The translations under genes and the position numbers were made by a program. From the NCBI GenBank assembly GCA_964616165.1, contig CAZTTS010000005.1:15651-79650 (forward strand): a stretch of DNA of 64,000 nt. The letters run 5' to 3'. The notes beneath the pieces were generated by a model. It searched no databases and had not been told where the DNA came from. It was given only the letters and a program-made list of their open reading frames with translations. This stretch comes from an uncultured Lachnospiraceae bacterium (GTDB taxonomy: Bacteria > Bacillota > Clostridia > TANB77 > CAG-508). Below are positions 51,005 to 61,311 of this stretch, in pieces. The number at the start of each line of letters is the position of its first letter. Within the stretch, counting starts at the first letter, position 1.

Positions 51005-51703
51005 CTATTCCTTAGTAACTTCTATAAAATATGATTTTAAACTTTTCTTGTCTTTTTTAAGATCATCTATTTTTATATCAGCAACTATTTTTGCTTTATT
51101 AATTATTATAACTCTATCACATATTTCTTCAAGATGTTCATCAGAATGCGTCGCAATAATTGTTGTAATTTTCTTTTTGCTTGATTTTATAAGATCCACA
51201 ATACTTGCAACATCGTCTATATCTAAACCAATAAATGGTTCGTCTAATAAAACAATTTTTGAACCTCCAACATATGCACCAGCAATTGCTAATTTTTTAT
51301 TTTCAGATCTAGATAAACTTCCAACCAATTCACTTTCAATTGTTTGCAATGAAAAAGCTTCTATTTGATCATTTATAATTAAATTTTGTTCATCTTCATT
51401 CCTTATTTTTATCAGAAATTTCAAATATTCTTTTACTAGCATATCTTTATAAATAGGAGTTTCAGACATGTATCCGATTTTTCTTCTAGTATCAAAGATA
51501 TCTTCAAAAATATCTTTGTCTTCTAAAAGAATATTACCTGAATTAGGGCGCTTAAGTCCAATAATCATATCAAGTAACATTGTTTTTCCACTACTGTTTT
51601 TACCTAATATACCAACAACCTCTCCTTTTTTTATTTCAAAGTTTATGTCTTCAAATATAATCTTTTTGCCTTCCCTTTTAGATAAGTTTTGAAGTTTAAT
51701 CAT
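51005..51703 (-). CDS. ABC transporter ATP-binding protein
   Basis: Walker A GKNSSGKT, signature LSRSENKKL, Walker B VLLDEP. Start re-set to the ATG preceded by GAGGAGG; the track start lies 18 nt upstream. Confidence 0.85.
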   Translation of the reverse strand: MIKLQNLSKREGKKIIFEDINFEIKKGEVVGILGKNSSGKTMLLDMIIGLKRPNSGNILLEDKDIFEDIFDTRRKIGYMSETPIYKDMLVKEYLKFLIKIRNEDEQNLIINDQIEAFSLQTIESELVGSLSRSENKKLAIAGAYVGGSKIVLLDEPFIGLDIDDVASIVDLIKSSKKKITTIIATHSDEHLEEICDRVIIINKAKIVADIKIDDLKKDKKSLKSYFIEVTKE

Positions 51704-52365
51704 TTTTTCCTCCTCTTGCAATTAAAGCTTTGATCTTTAAATTTGCATTTTTAAACATTCTTTCATGCTCTGTTTCTATATTGGGATTAAATATATCTTT
51801 AACTCCCAAATCAACTGTAGAATCTATAATCTTAAAGTTTTCTTCTTCTAAATATCTATTTGTATCATTAAACAAATCATCATCATCTGTTTTAAAATAT
51901 ATTTCGCCATTTTTAGTTAAGAAATTAGTATACATTTTTAATTTTGAATAATGTGTTAGTCTTCTTTTATTATGCTTTCCTCTTGGCCATGGATTACAAA
52001 AATTAACATATATTCTATCAATTTTATCCTTTTTACCAAGCATTTTATCTATATAGTCAATATTCTGTCTTACTAATAATATATTATCTAGTTTTAAGTC
52101 TTTCTCTTTATATTCATTAGTAATTGCTCTATTTGCTAATCCTAACATTGCCTCTACCATATCAATTGCAATATAATTTATATTTAAGTTTTCACTTGCT
52201 AATTTAGCAATAAAGCCACCCTTTCCTGATCCGAAGTTCAATATGTATAGGATTATTATTGTTAAATTTCTTTCTCCAATTATTTTTAAATTCTTCTGGA
52301 TTATGAATATATATTGGAGAATCATTTAACTCATCTTTTGCCCATTTTTTTCTTCTAATTCTCAT
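51696..52365 (-). pseudogene. trmB: tRNA (guanine46-N7)-methyltransferase TrmB interrupted by a +1 frameshift near nt 52233
   Basis: Frame A (52365..52234) encodes MRIRRKKWAKDELNDSPIYIHNPEEFKNNWRKKFNNNNPIHIEL. Frame B (52232..51696) continues GSGKGGFIAKL...YVNFCNPWPRGKHNKRRL. One extra nucleotide (CTT C GGA) separates them. Confidence 0.7.
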
Positions 52366-53008
52366 CTTTCTTTTTGAAAGAAATTTTATTTTCTTCCCCT
52401 TTTTTTAATCTTTTAATATTTTCTCTATGTTTATATATAATAAGAACAGCTATTATTAATGCAGTAACAACAAAAGTAATTGTAGGACCAGCAATAATAT
52501 TTGCATCTCTTAAAAATATTGATAAAACAAAATATAGTGTAACTCCAGAAATTGATCCTAAAGATACATACCTAGAAAGGAGCATTACTAATAAGGCAAA
52601 TAAAGCAACAATTAGTGCAATTTGCCAATTAAGAACTAAGATTACTCCTATTCCGGTAGCAATACCTTTTCCACCTTTAAATTTATAATAAATTGAAAAC
52701 ATATGTCCTAAGATTACTGATATTCCAGCAACTTGTGGTAATAAATATCCATGTGACATATTAGTCCACCTAGCTAAAAATACAGCTATTAATATTGGTA
52801 AAACACCTTTTAGTATATCAAAAATTAATGTAAGAACGGCTGGTAATACTCCTGCAGTTCTTAAAACATTAGTTGTACCAGGGTTTTTACTTCCATGTTC
52901 TCTAGGATCTATACCTTTTAATTGTTTACTAAATATTGTAGCAAAAGATATACTTCCTAATAAATATGAAGCCAAAGCTACTAATATTATTCCTATTATA
53001 TCATCCAT
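52355..53008 (-). CDS. plsY: Glycerol-3-phosphate acyltransferase PlsY
   Basis: 217 aa, 5-6 TM segments, conserved FSKQLKGIDPREHGSKNPGTTNVLRTAG. Confidence 0.9.
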   Translation of the reverse strand: MDDIIGIILVALASYLLGSISFATIFSKQLKGIDPREHGSKNPGTTNVLRTAGVLPAVLTLIFDILKGVLPILIAVFLARWTNMSHGYLLPQVAGISVILGHMFSIYYKFKGGKGIATGIGVILVLNWQIALIVALFALLVMLLSRYVSLGSISGVTLYFVLSIFLRDANIIAGPTITFVVTALIIAVLIIYKHRENIKRLKKGEENKISFKKKDEN

Positions 53009-53089
53009 GTTTTCTCCTTTTATTTCTCTTCTTTATTTGTTGTTTTAATTTTGTTTATGTTTTTTTTATATTTTTTGTTTGGTTTTGTT

Positions 53090-54406
53090 TTATTTTTTAT
53101 TTTTATCTTTTTCTCTTATTATTAATCTTACAGGACTTCCTTCTAATTCAAAAACTTTCCTTAAATTATTTATTAAATATCTTTGATATGTAAAGTGAAA
53201 TAGTTTTTTATCATTAACTAAAAATAGTATAGTTGGTGGTTTACTTGAAACTTGAGTAACATAGTAAATACTTAGCTTTCTGCCTTTTTTAGATGGCGGT
53301 TGATTAGTTGCAATTGAATCAAAAATAATTTGATTTAAAATAGATGTTGAAATTTTCAAAGAATTTGCTTCATTTACTTTATTTATTAAATCAAATAATT
53401 TTTCAGTTCTAAGACCTGTAAGTGCTGAAATAAATATAATCGGTGCATATGAAGCATATTGTAATTGACTTCTAATTTTTTCAAAATGTGCATCATATTC
53501 TTTTTCTTTATTTTCAATTAAATCCCATTTATTAACAGCAATTATTATTCCCTTGCCTGCATCTTGGGCTCTACCTAGAATTTTAGTATCTTGTTCAGTA
53601 ACACCATTTATTGCATCTATAATAACAATACAAACATTTGCTCTATCTATTGCTTGGAATGATCGAATAATACTGTATTTTTCTATTTCTTCATTAATAC
53701 TTTTTCTTTTTCTAATACCAGCTGTATCTATAAAAATATATTTACCAAATTTATTTTCAAAACTAGTATCTATTGCATCTCTCGTTGTTCCTGGAGTTGA
53801 TGATACAACATTTCTGCTTTCACCAATTAATTTATTAATTAAAGACGATTTACCAACATTAGGTTGACCAATAATTGCAACTTTAATGCTTTCATCATCT
53901 TCTTCTTTTTTTATTTTAGGTAGTTTATTTACAACAGCATCTAGTAAGTCTCCTATCCCCTTTCCAGCTTCTGCAGATACAGGATATAGTTCTAATCCTA
54001 ACGAATAATATTCATATATTTCAGGATCATCTTTAATATATTGATCATATTTATTAATAACTAATAAAGAATTCTTATTAGCTTTTCTAAGAATTCTAAT
54101 TACTTCCTCATCTTCTTTCATAATTCCAGTTTGGAAATCAACAACAAATAATACAAGGTCTGCTAAATCCATTGCAGTATCAACTTGCATTCGAATTTCT
54201 TGTGTTATTTCATCTTTAGATTCATCAAGGCCTGCTGTGTCAACTAAGTCAAACACTACTCCATTCCATTCTGTTTCTTTATACAATCTGTCTCTTGTAA
54301 CACCAGGAGTATCAGCAACAATTGATAATCTTTCACCTATTATTCTATTAAACAATCTCGATTTACCAACATTTGGTCTTCCTACTATTGCAACAATTGG
54401 TTTCAT
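53090..54406 (-). CDS. der: Ribosome-biogenesis GTPase Der (EngA), double GTPase domain + KH-like domain
   Basis: Two G domains (GRPNVGKS and GQPNVGKS), 438 aa. Confidence 0.93.
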   Translation of the reverse strand: MKPIVAIVGRPNVGKSRLFNRIIGERLSIVADTPGVTRDRLYKETEWNGVVFDLVDTAGLDESKDEITQEIRMQVDTAMDLADLVLFVVDFQTGIMKEDEEVIRILRKANKNSLLVINKYDQYIKDDPEIYEYYSLGLELYPVSAEAGKGIGDLLDAVVNKLPKIKKEEDDESIKVAIIGQPNVGKSSLINKLIGESRNVVSSTPGTTRDAIDTSFENKFGKYIFIDTAGIRKRKSINEEIEKYSIIRSFQAIDRANVCIVIIDAINGVTEQDTKILGRAQDAGKGIIIAVNKWDLIENKEKEYDAHFEKIRSQLQYASYAPIIFISALTGLRTEKLFDLINKVNEANSLKISTSILNQIIFDSIATNQPPSKKGRKLSIYYVTQVSSKPPTILFLVNDKKLFHFTYQRYLINNLRKVFELEGSPVRLIIREKDKNKK

Positions 54407-54604
54407 TTTTTATCTTTCTTATTTAAATTACATAAAACATTTTAATTATTTTAGTTTTAGTATAAGCTTTCATGATTAGTTTTTTGTACTTAAAAAATAT
54501 TTTACTAACTTTATTTTATATCATCTTACTAAACTTTACAAGTAAGCTAATTCAATTAAAACTTGTATAATGCCTAATTTAAAAGCATTCTCTTATTTAT
54601 ATTA

Positions 54605-55471
54605 TTAAAAATAAATATCTAAATCTTCTATTTCTGTTATAGGTATAGCTCCATCTAATATTAAAAGATTATTTCCGGAATATTTATTATTATCAATATT
54701 ACCTGGAATTGTATAAACTTCTTTTCCTAAATCTAGAGCAAATCTTGCTGTAATTAAAGAACCACTTCTTTTTTTCGCTTCTGTTATAATTACCGCATCA
54801 GCAAGCCCTGCAATTATTCTGTTTCTTTGTGGGAACTTCCATTTATATGGTTTGGAGTCGGGCATGTTTTCACTTAAAATTAATCCCCCTTTTCTTATAA
54901 TTTCAATCATTAATTCATAATTTTCTTTAGGATAAAATGTTTTTCTAGTAATTCCTGAACCTATAACAGCAATAGTATTATATTTAATGGTTGAAATATG
55001 AGCTTTTCTATCAATACCTTTAGCAAGTCCACTTACAATTGTATAATCTTTTTTTGACAAAATATTAGATATATCTGCTGTTATTTTTTCACCATATTCA
55101 GATGAATCTCTAGCTCCAACTATAGCAATATGCTTTTTTGATAATAGTTCTATATTACCAATTGCTAGTAGACAAATTGGATAATCTTGTAAATTTAATA
55201 ATTTTTCAGGATATATTTTGTCTGTATATTTAATTATCTTTATATTGTATTTTTTAATATATTGATAATATGTTTGTGCTTTATCTTTCTTTTCATTTAA
55301 TAGTATTTCTAAATTAGTGTTTTCATTATACTTATTTGAATATATATATTCATAATATATTTTTTCAACACTCCCATATTCTAATAATAATTCTTTTTTT
55401 ATACTATTAGCTATATCTAAACTTAAAAACCAAGTCCAATAATAGTCTTTATCTTCATTCATATTTTTCAT
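54605..55471 (-). CDS. dprA: DNA processing protein DprA (Smf)
   Basis: IAIVGARDSSEYG...IVSGLAKGIDRKAHISTIKYNTIAVIGSGI...FPQRNRIIAGLADAVIITEAKKRSGSLITA Rossmann-like DprA core. Confidence 0.85.
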   Translation of the reverse strand: MKNMNEDKDYYWTWFLSLDIANSIKKELLLEYGSVEKIYYEYIYSNKYNENTNLEILLNEKKDKAQTYYQYIKKYNIKIIKYTDKIYPEKLLNLQDYPICLLAIGNIELLSKKHIAIVGARDSSEYGEKITADISNILSKKDYTIVSGLAKGIDRKAHISTIKYNTIAVIGSGITRKTFYPKENYELMIEIIRKGGLILSENMPDSKPYKWKFPQRNRIIAGLADAVIITEAKKRSGSLITARFALDLGKEVYTIPGNIDNNKYSGNNLLILDGAIPITEIEDLDIYF

Positions 55472-55688
55472 ATTCTTTCTTTATAATTTTTAATATTTAT
55501 ATATTGTTATTTTAATATAAAAAAGAGAGGTATCCCCCTCTATTTTTTAACACATTACTATACTTTTAAAAAATAATCAAATTAAAAACTAAATATTAAT
55601 ACTTTATTGTTCAAAATTTATTATTTAGAATTCATTGTTTAATTTATTATTTAAATTATAACCTTATTTTGTTTTTCTTTTTCCGTGA

Positions 55689-56330
55689 TTACTCATCGTC
55701 TTCATTATCTTGATGACTATCATCATTTTCTGAATCTTCACCGTTTTCTAATTGATTTAATATATCCTCATTAAGCTCAAAACCATTTTCAATATTCGGT
55801 TTTATAAATGGTATTTCTATATTTGAATCATAAATTTTAACATATAGTAGATAAATTAAAATTGAAAGTAAAATAATTTGAATAAAAATCATTAACTTTA
55901 ATAGTTTTCTTGTTTTTCTTGCATCTTTACTTTGTACCTTAGAATTTGATTTTGCTTTTTTTCTTTTTTGTTTTTGTTTTGTTTCTTTTTCTTTTGTTTC
56001 TTTCCCTTTTGTTTCTTTCCCTTTTGTTTGTTTTTTTCTTTGTTTTGTTTTCTTTTTCTTTGAATTTTTTTGGTCTGATTGTTCTTCAGCATTTCCATTT
56101 TCTATATAAAAATCTTGTTTACCTAAGAATTCTTCAATCATTTCTGATTTACGTTCATCTAGGTTAAAGTCTAAATCATCAGTATTACTGGTATCTTCTG
56201 ATTCTTTTAACTCTTCTAAAATATTTGTATCAATTGGATCTGTGTTTTTATCAATAATACTATTTACAGATTCTTTTTCTTCTAGTTTCTTTAAAATTTG
56301 ACTATATAAGTCATTTGGGCTTTCTTTCAT
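55689..56330 (-). CDS. Low-complexity K/E-rich protein with one TM segment, unknown function
   Basis: KGKETKGKETKEKETK repeats encoded by a 15-nt tandem DNA repeat; one C-proximal TM helix. Confidence 0.35.
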   Translation of the reverse strand: MKESPNDLYSQILKKLEEKESVNSIIDKNTDPIDTNILEELKESEDTSNTDDLDFNLDERKSEMIEEFLGKQDFYIENGNAEEQSDQKNSKKKKTKQRKKQTKGKETKGKETKEKETKQKQKRKKAKSNSKVQSKDARKTRKLLKLMIFIQIILLSILIYLLYVKIYDSNIEIPFIKPNIENGFELNEDILNQLENGEDSENDDSHQDNEDDE

Positions 56331-56402
56331 ATTTACCTCTAGTATGTTTAAATTTTTGTTAATCTTATGTTTATATTTAATATTTTATTTTTTCAAAAGA
56401 TT

Positions 56403-57353
56403 TTATCTATCCCAAGATCTTTTTTTCTCATCATCTTTTTGTTTTCCATATTTTAAATCATTATCATCATCTTTACCTTGTTTAAATAAGTAAATTAAGG
56501 CTGCAAGAATTCCTCCACCAATCAGAAGGGCAACAATTATTAAGGCCATTGTATTATCTTTTTGATCTCTTGGATCTTTTACTTTTGGATCTTTTATTTC
56601 TTCTCTTTCTTCTTCTTGATCATCTAGCTCTATTACTTCTTTTTTTGGTTCTTCTACTACTTCATTTTCTTCTTTTATTTCTTTTAAATAATCTTTATGC
56701 ATATAGGCTTCAGAATTTTCATATGTAAATTGATACCATTCGCCTGCTTTTCCTGTTACATTAATTACTTTACCCTTACTATATACTCCTAAAACACTAT
56801 ATGTAGTTGAAGGATGTGGTCTTATATTAACATCATTGTCTGTAACTTCAAATTTAGCTTCCATTTCTTCAACATTAGTAGCTGCAGGAACAATCTTAAT
56901 ATCTATCTTTTTATCTACAATATTACTTACAATATTATCTAAATCTAGTTTTTTGTCTTTAAGTTTTGCTGATTCAATTTTTAATTTTAATGAAATCCAT
57001 GCATCACCTGCACTTTTTACTCTATATTTAGCTTGAATAGACCCTGTAAGTGGAGTCGTACCTGAAGCTTTCTTTTGAGAATCCATACTAATATATTCTA
57101 AATTTGTTGATTCATCTAAATTGGTAAAATGTATACTATAACAATCATTGCCTGTTATTTCAGCCTTTACTGTAATGGTATCTCCCACTCTAGGATTAGT
57201 TGGTGTAACACTTACTTTAGCATTTGCAGCATATACTTTATGAGAGCTAAAAAATATTAATATTGTTAATAATAGTATAATAAAAAATATTATCTTATAT
57301 TTCTTATTGGTTTTTATATTTTTAGCAATCAAAATATTATTTGTACTTCCCAT
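56403..57353 (-). CDS. Cell-surface protein: signal peptide, Ig-like region, bacterial SH3 domain, C-terminal TM anchor
   Basis: Signal/TM IIFFIILLLTILIFFSSHKVYA, SH3b-like GKVINVTGKAGEWYQFTYENSEAYMHKDYL, C-terminal TM and charged tail. Start re-set to the ATG 10 nt after the argS stop, preceded by GGAGGA. Confidence 0.55.
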   Translation of the reverse strand: MGSTNNILIAKNIKTNKKYKIIFFIILLLTILIFFSSHKVYAANAKVSVTPTNPRVGDTITVKAEITGNDCYSIHFTNLDESTNLEYISMDSQKKASGTTPLTGSIQAKYRVKSAGDAWISLKLKIESAKLKDKKLDLDNIVSNIVDKKIDIKIVPAATNVEEMEAKFEVTDNDVNIRPHPSTTYSVLGVYSKGKVINVTGKAGEWYQFTYENSEAYMHKDYLKEIKEENEVVEEPKKEVIELDDQEEEREEIKDPKVKDPRDQKDNTMALIIVALLIGGGILAALIYLFKQGKDDDNDLKYGKQKDDEKKRSWDR

Positions 57354-57363
57354 AATGTCCTCC

Positions 57364-59088
57364 TTACATCTTTTGAGGTAATTCCATCCCCATAATTTTA
57401 CAAGCATTTTTAATAATACTTGCTATAATACTACTTAAAAATAGTTTTGTATTTCTTTCTTTTTCATCTTCAACTAATATTTTATTCTCTGTATAATAAT
57501 TACTAAATTCTTTAGTTAAATCTAATATATAATTAGTTAAAATTGAAGGTTCATCTTTTTCTCTTGATGCTTTTAAAATATATGGATATTTATAAATTTT
57601 TCTTAATAAATTATATGAATCTACATTCTCTATTAATATATTAATATCAATATCTTCTAGTTGAGGTATGCTATATTCTTTAAACAAACTAGAAATTCTA
57701 GCATAATTATATTGAATATATGGTCCAGTTTCTCCAGAATAATTTAACACTTCATTCCAATCAAAAACTTGATCTTTAATAAGAGTTGTAGAAATATTAC
57801 TAAAAACTATTGCACCTATTCCTACTTTATTTGCAATATCATCTTTTTCTTCTTTATCTTCGATATTATCTTTTTCTTCTATTATCTTATGAGCTCTATT
57901 AACTGCTTCATCTAATAATTCTTCAACAGTAATAACATTCCCTACTCTTGTTGACATTTTGCCACTAGGAAGTCTAACCATTCCATAAGGAATATGTTTT
58001 AAGCCATTAATATATTTCTTATCTAATCCTAGTAATTCAGCAATTTTAAATAATTGTTTAAAATATTGTATTTGTTCAGATGCAACAACATAAAGTGATT
58101 CATCAAAATTATATTTTTCTATTCTATACAGTAGTGTAGCAATATCACGAGTTAAATATAGGCTTGATTCATTAGACTTTTGTATTAAAGCAATACCTAA
58201 ACCTTCATCTTCTAAATCAACAATTTTAGCACCTTCTGAATCTTTTAATAAATGTTTTTCTTCAAGTAAATTAATTACACCACCTATATCTTTAGAATAA
58301 GCAGATTCTCCTCTTATTTCATCAAAGTGAATATTAAGTTTTTTATATGTTTTTTCAAATTCTTTTAATGATAAATTAACAAATAATTCCCAAATCTTTA
58401 AAGTTGCAGGATCCCCTTCTTCTAACTTTTTAAAGTTTTCTCTACATCTTTCTGCTACTTCATTATCTGCTTTAGAAAGTTCATTTATTCTAATATATAT
58501 TTTAGTTAATTCTTTAATAGGTTCATTATCTAAATTATATTCATCTTTCCATAAATTATATCCTTCGATTAATTTACCAAATTGGGTACCATAATCTCCA
58601 AGATGATTTATACCCACAGTATTATATCCTAGGAATTTGTTTAATCTATATAGATATGCACCAATTAAAGTTGTTTTTAAATGTCCTATATGAAATTCTT
58701 TCGCTATATTGGGCGATGAAAATTCAACAAGTATTGTTTTATTTAAATTTTCTTTTTCTTCATTTTCATCAACACCATATTTATCTTTTCTAGAATTAAA
58801 TTCATTTAAAACTTCTTTAGCTAAATCTTTTTTATTGATTTTAATATTAATATATCCAGAAACAATATCAACATATTCAATCTCTGGAATATTAATAAAT
58901 AATGGTTTTAATTCTTCTGCTATAATTTGAGGTGATTTAGATAATTCTTTAGCTAAAGGAAAACAAACAACAGAAAAATCTGAATCAAATTTTTCATTTG
59001 ACTCTTCAACAATAGTATAAACAATATCTTTGTTTAACTTTGCTTTTTCAATTAAGATATTTTGTATAATTTCTTTATACTTTTTCAT
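57364..59088 (-). CDS. argS: Arginyl-tRNA synthetase
   Basis: Class I HIGH region (SSPNIAKEFHIGHLKTT), anticodon-binding C-terminal domain, 574 aa. Confidence 0.93.
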   Translation of the reverse strand: MKKYKEIIQNILIEKAKLNKDIVYTIVEESNEKFDSDFSVVCFPLAKELSKSPQIIAEELKPLFINIPEIEYVDIVSGYINIKINKKDLAKEVLNEFNSRKDKYGVDENEEKENLNKTILVEFSSPNIAKEFHIGHLKTTLIGAYLYRLNKFLGYNTVGINHLGDYGTQFGKLIEGYNLWKDEYNLDNEPIKELTKIYIRINELSKADNEVAERCRENFKKLEEGDPATLKIWELFVNLSLKEFEKTYKKLNIHFDEIRGESAYSKDIGGVINLLEEKHLLKDSEGAKIVDLEDEGLGIALIQKSNESSLYLTRDIATLLYRIEKYNFDESLYVVASEQIQYFKQLFKIAELLGLDKKYINGLKHIPYGMVRLPSGKMSTRVGNVITVEELLDEAVNRAHKIIEEKDNIEDKEEKDDIANKVGIGAIVFSNISTTLIKDQVFDWNEVLNYSGETGPYIQYNYARISSLFKEYSIPQLEDIDINILIENVDSYNLLRKIYKYPYILKASREKDEPSILTNYILDLTKEFSNYYTENKILVEDEKERNTKLFLSSIIASIIKNACKIMGMELPQKM

Positions 59089-59387
59089 TCTTTAACTACC
59101 TTTGTCGTTAACTCTATTATTAAATCTCTATTATCATCTTTTGCAACTATATTTTTAAGTATTTTTTCGCATTTTAAGCATCTGTATATTATTTGTTCTT
59201 TACCATCTTTTAATACATATCCTATAGGCTCTAGAATGCCTTTACAAGGGTTTTTTCTGTCTCCTGGAGTAATATCAACATGTTTTGAATAAAGGCAATT
59301 TGGACAATGATCTCTTGATGTATATTCTAATTTCTTTACTAGAATTTTGCAATTATCACAAATAAATTCTTCATCATTTTTAATCAT
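59085..59387 (-). CDS. RNHCP-domain zinc-ribbon protein
   Basis: FICDNCK...TSRDHCPNCLYSKH...CLKCEK: RDHCP motif with four Cys pairs. Start taken as the ATG giving an 8-nt ATGATTAA overlap with the upstream gene. Confidence 0.55.
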   Translation of the reverse strand: MIKNDEEFICDNCKILVKKLEYTSRDHCPNCLYSKHVDITPGDRKNPCKGILEPIGYVLKDGKEQIIYRCLKCEKILKNIVAKDDNRDLIIELTTKVVKE

Positions 59388-61020
59388 ATATACTTCCACC
59401 AATAAATTCACGAAGAAGTGAATTATTAGGTATTAAATCTTCATCAATATCAGCAAAGTATTTTAACATTGAAATTAATCTTTTAGCTTCACTGTATTCT
59501 GGGATATTATTAGGTATCTGTTCTAATAATGGAATAGCATGTGCTTTTAATACCGATAATTCATATATAATAGAAGAATTAAACATGAAGTCTGCTGTTT
59601 CTTGATAAGGAAAGATATGTTTTCTCTCACCTCTTCTAACAGAATACCAACCCTTTAGAGTATGTTCTGGAGTATACCCTCTAAAACTATTATCTCTAAC
59701 TATTCTTCTTAAAAGCCTTGTATCAGTAGTTGAAATCCTATTAAAATAGTCAATATTTAATACAGTTAAATCTGATATATATATCTTATATTTTTGGTTT
59801 GGATCAATTAAGTAAGTTAATCTATCATTTAAACAATGTATTCCTTCAATTATCAATACTTGATCTTCATCTATCTTAAGTTTTCTTTCTTCTTTCCAAG
59901 TTTTAGTTCCTACTGTAAAATCAAATTCTGGAATTATTACTTCTTCTCCATTTATTAATCCCATTAAGTCTTTGTTAAATAATTCTAAATCAATTGCTTC
60001 TATATCTTCAAAATCATAATTCCCAAATTCGTCTTTTGGTGTATCTGGTCTTTCAACAAAATAGTTATCAACAGATATTGTTACTGGTCTAACACCATCA
60101 AGTCTTAATGCTGTAGATAATTTACCTGCAAAAGTAGTTTTGCCTGAACAAGAAGGTCCTGCAATTAAAATAACTTTTACATTACCTCTTTGAATAATTT
60201 GATCTGCTAAATTAGCTATTTTTTTCTCATGTAATGCTTCAGATAGTAATACAACATCCTTTGGATTAGACTTTAGTGCATTATTATATTTATACAATGT
60301 GTTTAAGCCTAATATTGTATATATTTCTTCATATTCTCTTAATGCATTTAATAATTTTTTATTGTTTTCAAAAGATTGTAATACATCAGGCTCTAAATTG
60401 TCTGGATAACGCAAAATAAATCCATGTTCATATTTTTCAACTGAAAATATTTTAGCAAATCCTGTTGCCATTGGCATAACACCTAAAAAATAATTATAAT
60501 AATCTTCACAAAAATATAGTTTAACCTTCTCTTTAGTTACATTATCAAGCTGTGCTCTTCCTCTTAGTGTTCCATCTCTATCCATTAATTCTTGAGCTTC
60601 TTCTTTTGTCATTATTTTAGGAATTATCTTTAAGTTCTTTTCAACTATCTCTTCCATTCTTCTTTGAATATTTTCTACTACTTCTTCTGTTATTTCCATA
60701 TTAGTAATTTCAGCAAACATAGCATTTGATAATTGATAATTAATAGTCAAATATGCTTGTGGGTATAGCTGATATACAGCCATAGACATTATGTATAATA
60801 GTCCTCTTATATATACAACTTTCCCATCATCTGATGTCATATCTAATAATTTTATTTCTCCATCAGCATGTATTCTATGTCCTAAAGACATTACTTCATT
60901 ATTAAATCTACAAGCAATTATAAATCTACTGCTTGCTCTTATTTCTTCTTCAAAAGCATCAAATATTCTTGATCCTTTTTCTACTTCTTTAACCTTATTT
61001 CCTATTGTAACCCTAAACAT
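59380..61020 (-). CDS. Uridine/cytidine kinase-family protein fused to N-terminal TGS and ThrRS-N2-like domains
   Basis: N-terminal TGS-like beta-grasp plus a ThrRS second-additional-domain-like region. C-terminal P-loop kinase (AGPSCSGKTTFAGKL) of the PRK/Udk family. Confidence 0.7.
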   Translation of the reverse strand: MFRVTIGNKVKEVEKGSRIFDAFEEEIRASSRFIIACRFNNEVMSLGHRIHADGEIKLLDMTSDDGKVVYIRGLLYIMSMAVYQLYPQAYLTINYQLSNAMFAEITNMEITEEVVENIQRRMEEIVEKNLKIIPKIMTKEEAQELMDRDGTLRGRAQLDNVTKEKVKLYFCEDYYNYFLGVMPMATGFAKIFSVEKYEHGFILRYPDNLEPDVLQSFENNKKLLNALREYEEIYTILGLNTLYKYNNALKSNPKDVVLLSEALHEKKIANLADQIIQRGNVKVILIAGPSCSGKTTFAGKLSTALRLDGVRPVTISVDNYFVERPDTPKDEFGNYDFEDIEAIDLELFNKDLMGLINGEEVIIPEFDFTVGTKTWKEERKLKIDEDQVLIIEGIHCLNDRLTYLIDPNQKYKIYISDLTVLNIDYFNRISTTDTRLLRRIVRDNSFRGYTPEHTLKGWYSVRRGERKHIFPYQETADFMFNSSIIYELSVLKAHAIPLLEQIPNNIPEYSEAKRLISMLKYFADIDEDLIPNNSLLREFIGGSIYD

Positions 61021-61125
61021 TTTATCTCCTACTCTATACCAAAACTTTATTCTTTATTTTATATTCCTTTTTTATTTTTTTTATAATTTATCTATATATT
61101 CATATTTATATTTTAAAAAATATAT

Positions 61126-61311
61126 TTAAAAAATTACTCTAAACAATATAGTACAAACTAATAGCAAAACTGCCCCTATTATTTTCAATAAAATTGTTGC
61201 TGAATTTCTATCTGAAGATGTAAAGAATTTTCTTACAATTGGTCTTGCATCAAATATTAATACAACAGATATACTCGCTAGTATTGCTACTAGTATTTTA
61301 ATCCATATCAT
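61126..61311 (-). CDS. Small two-TM membrane protein (61 aa) overlapping the 3' end of the P-type ATPase gene
   Basis: Two hydrophobic helices, 14-nt overlap with the ATPase stop, same strand. Confidence 0.35.
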   Translation of the reverse strand: MIWIKILVAILASISVVLIFDARPIVRKFFTSSDRNSATILLKIIGAVLLLVCTILFRVIF

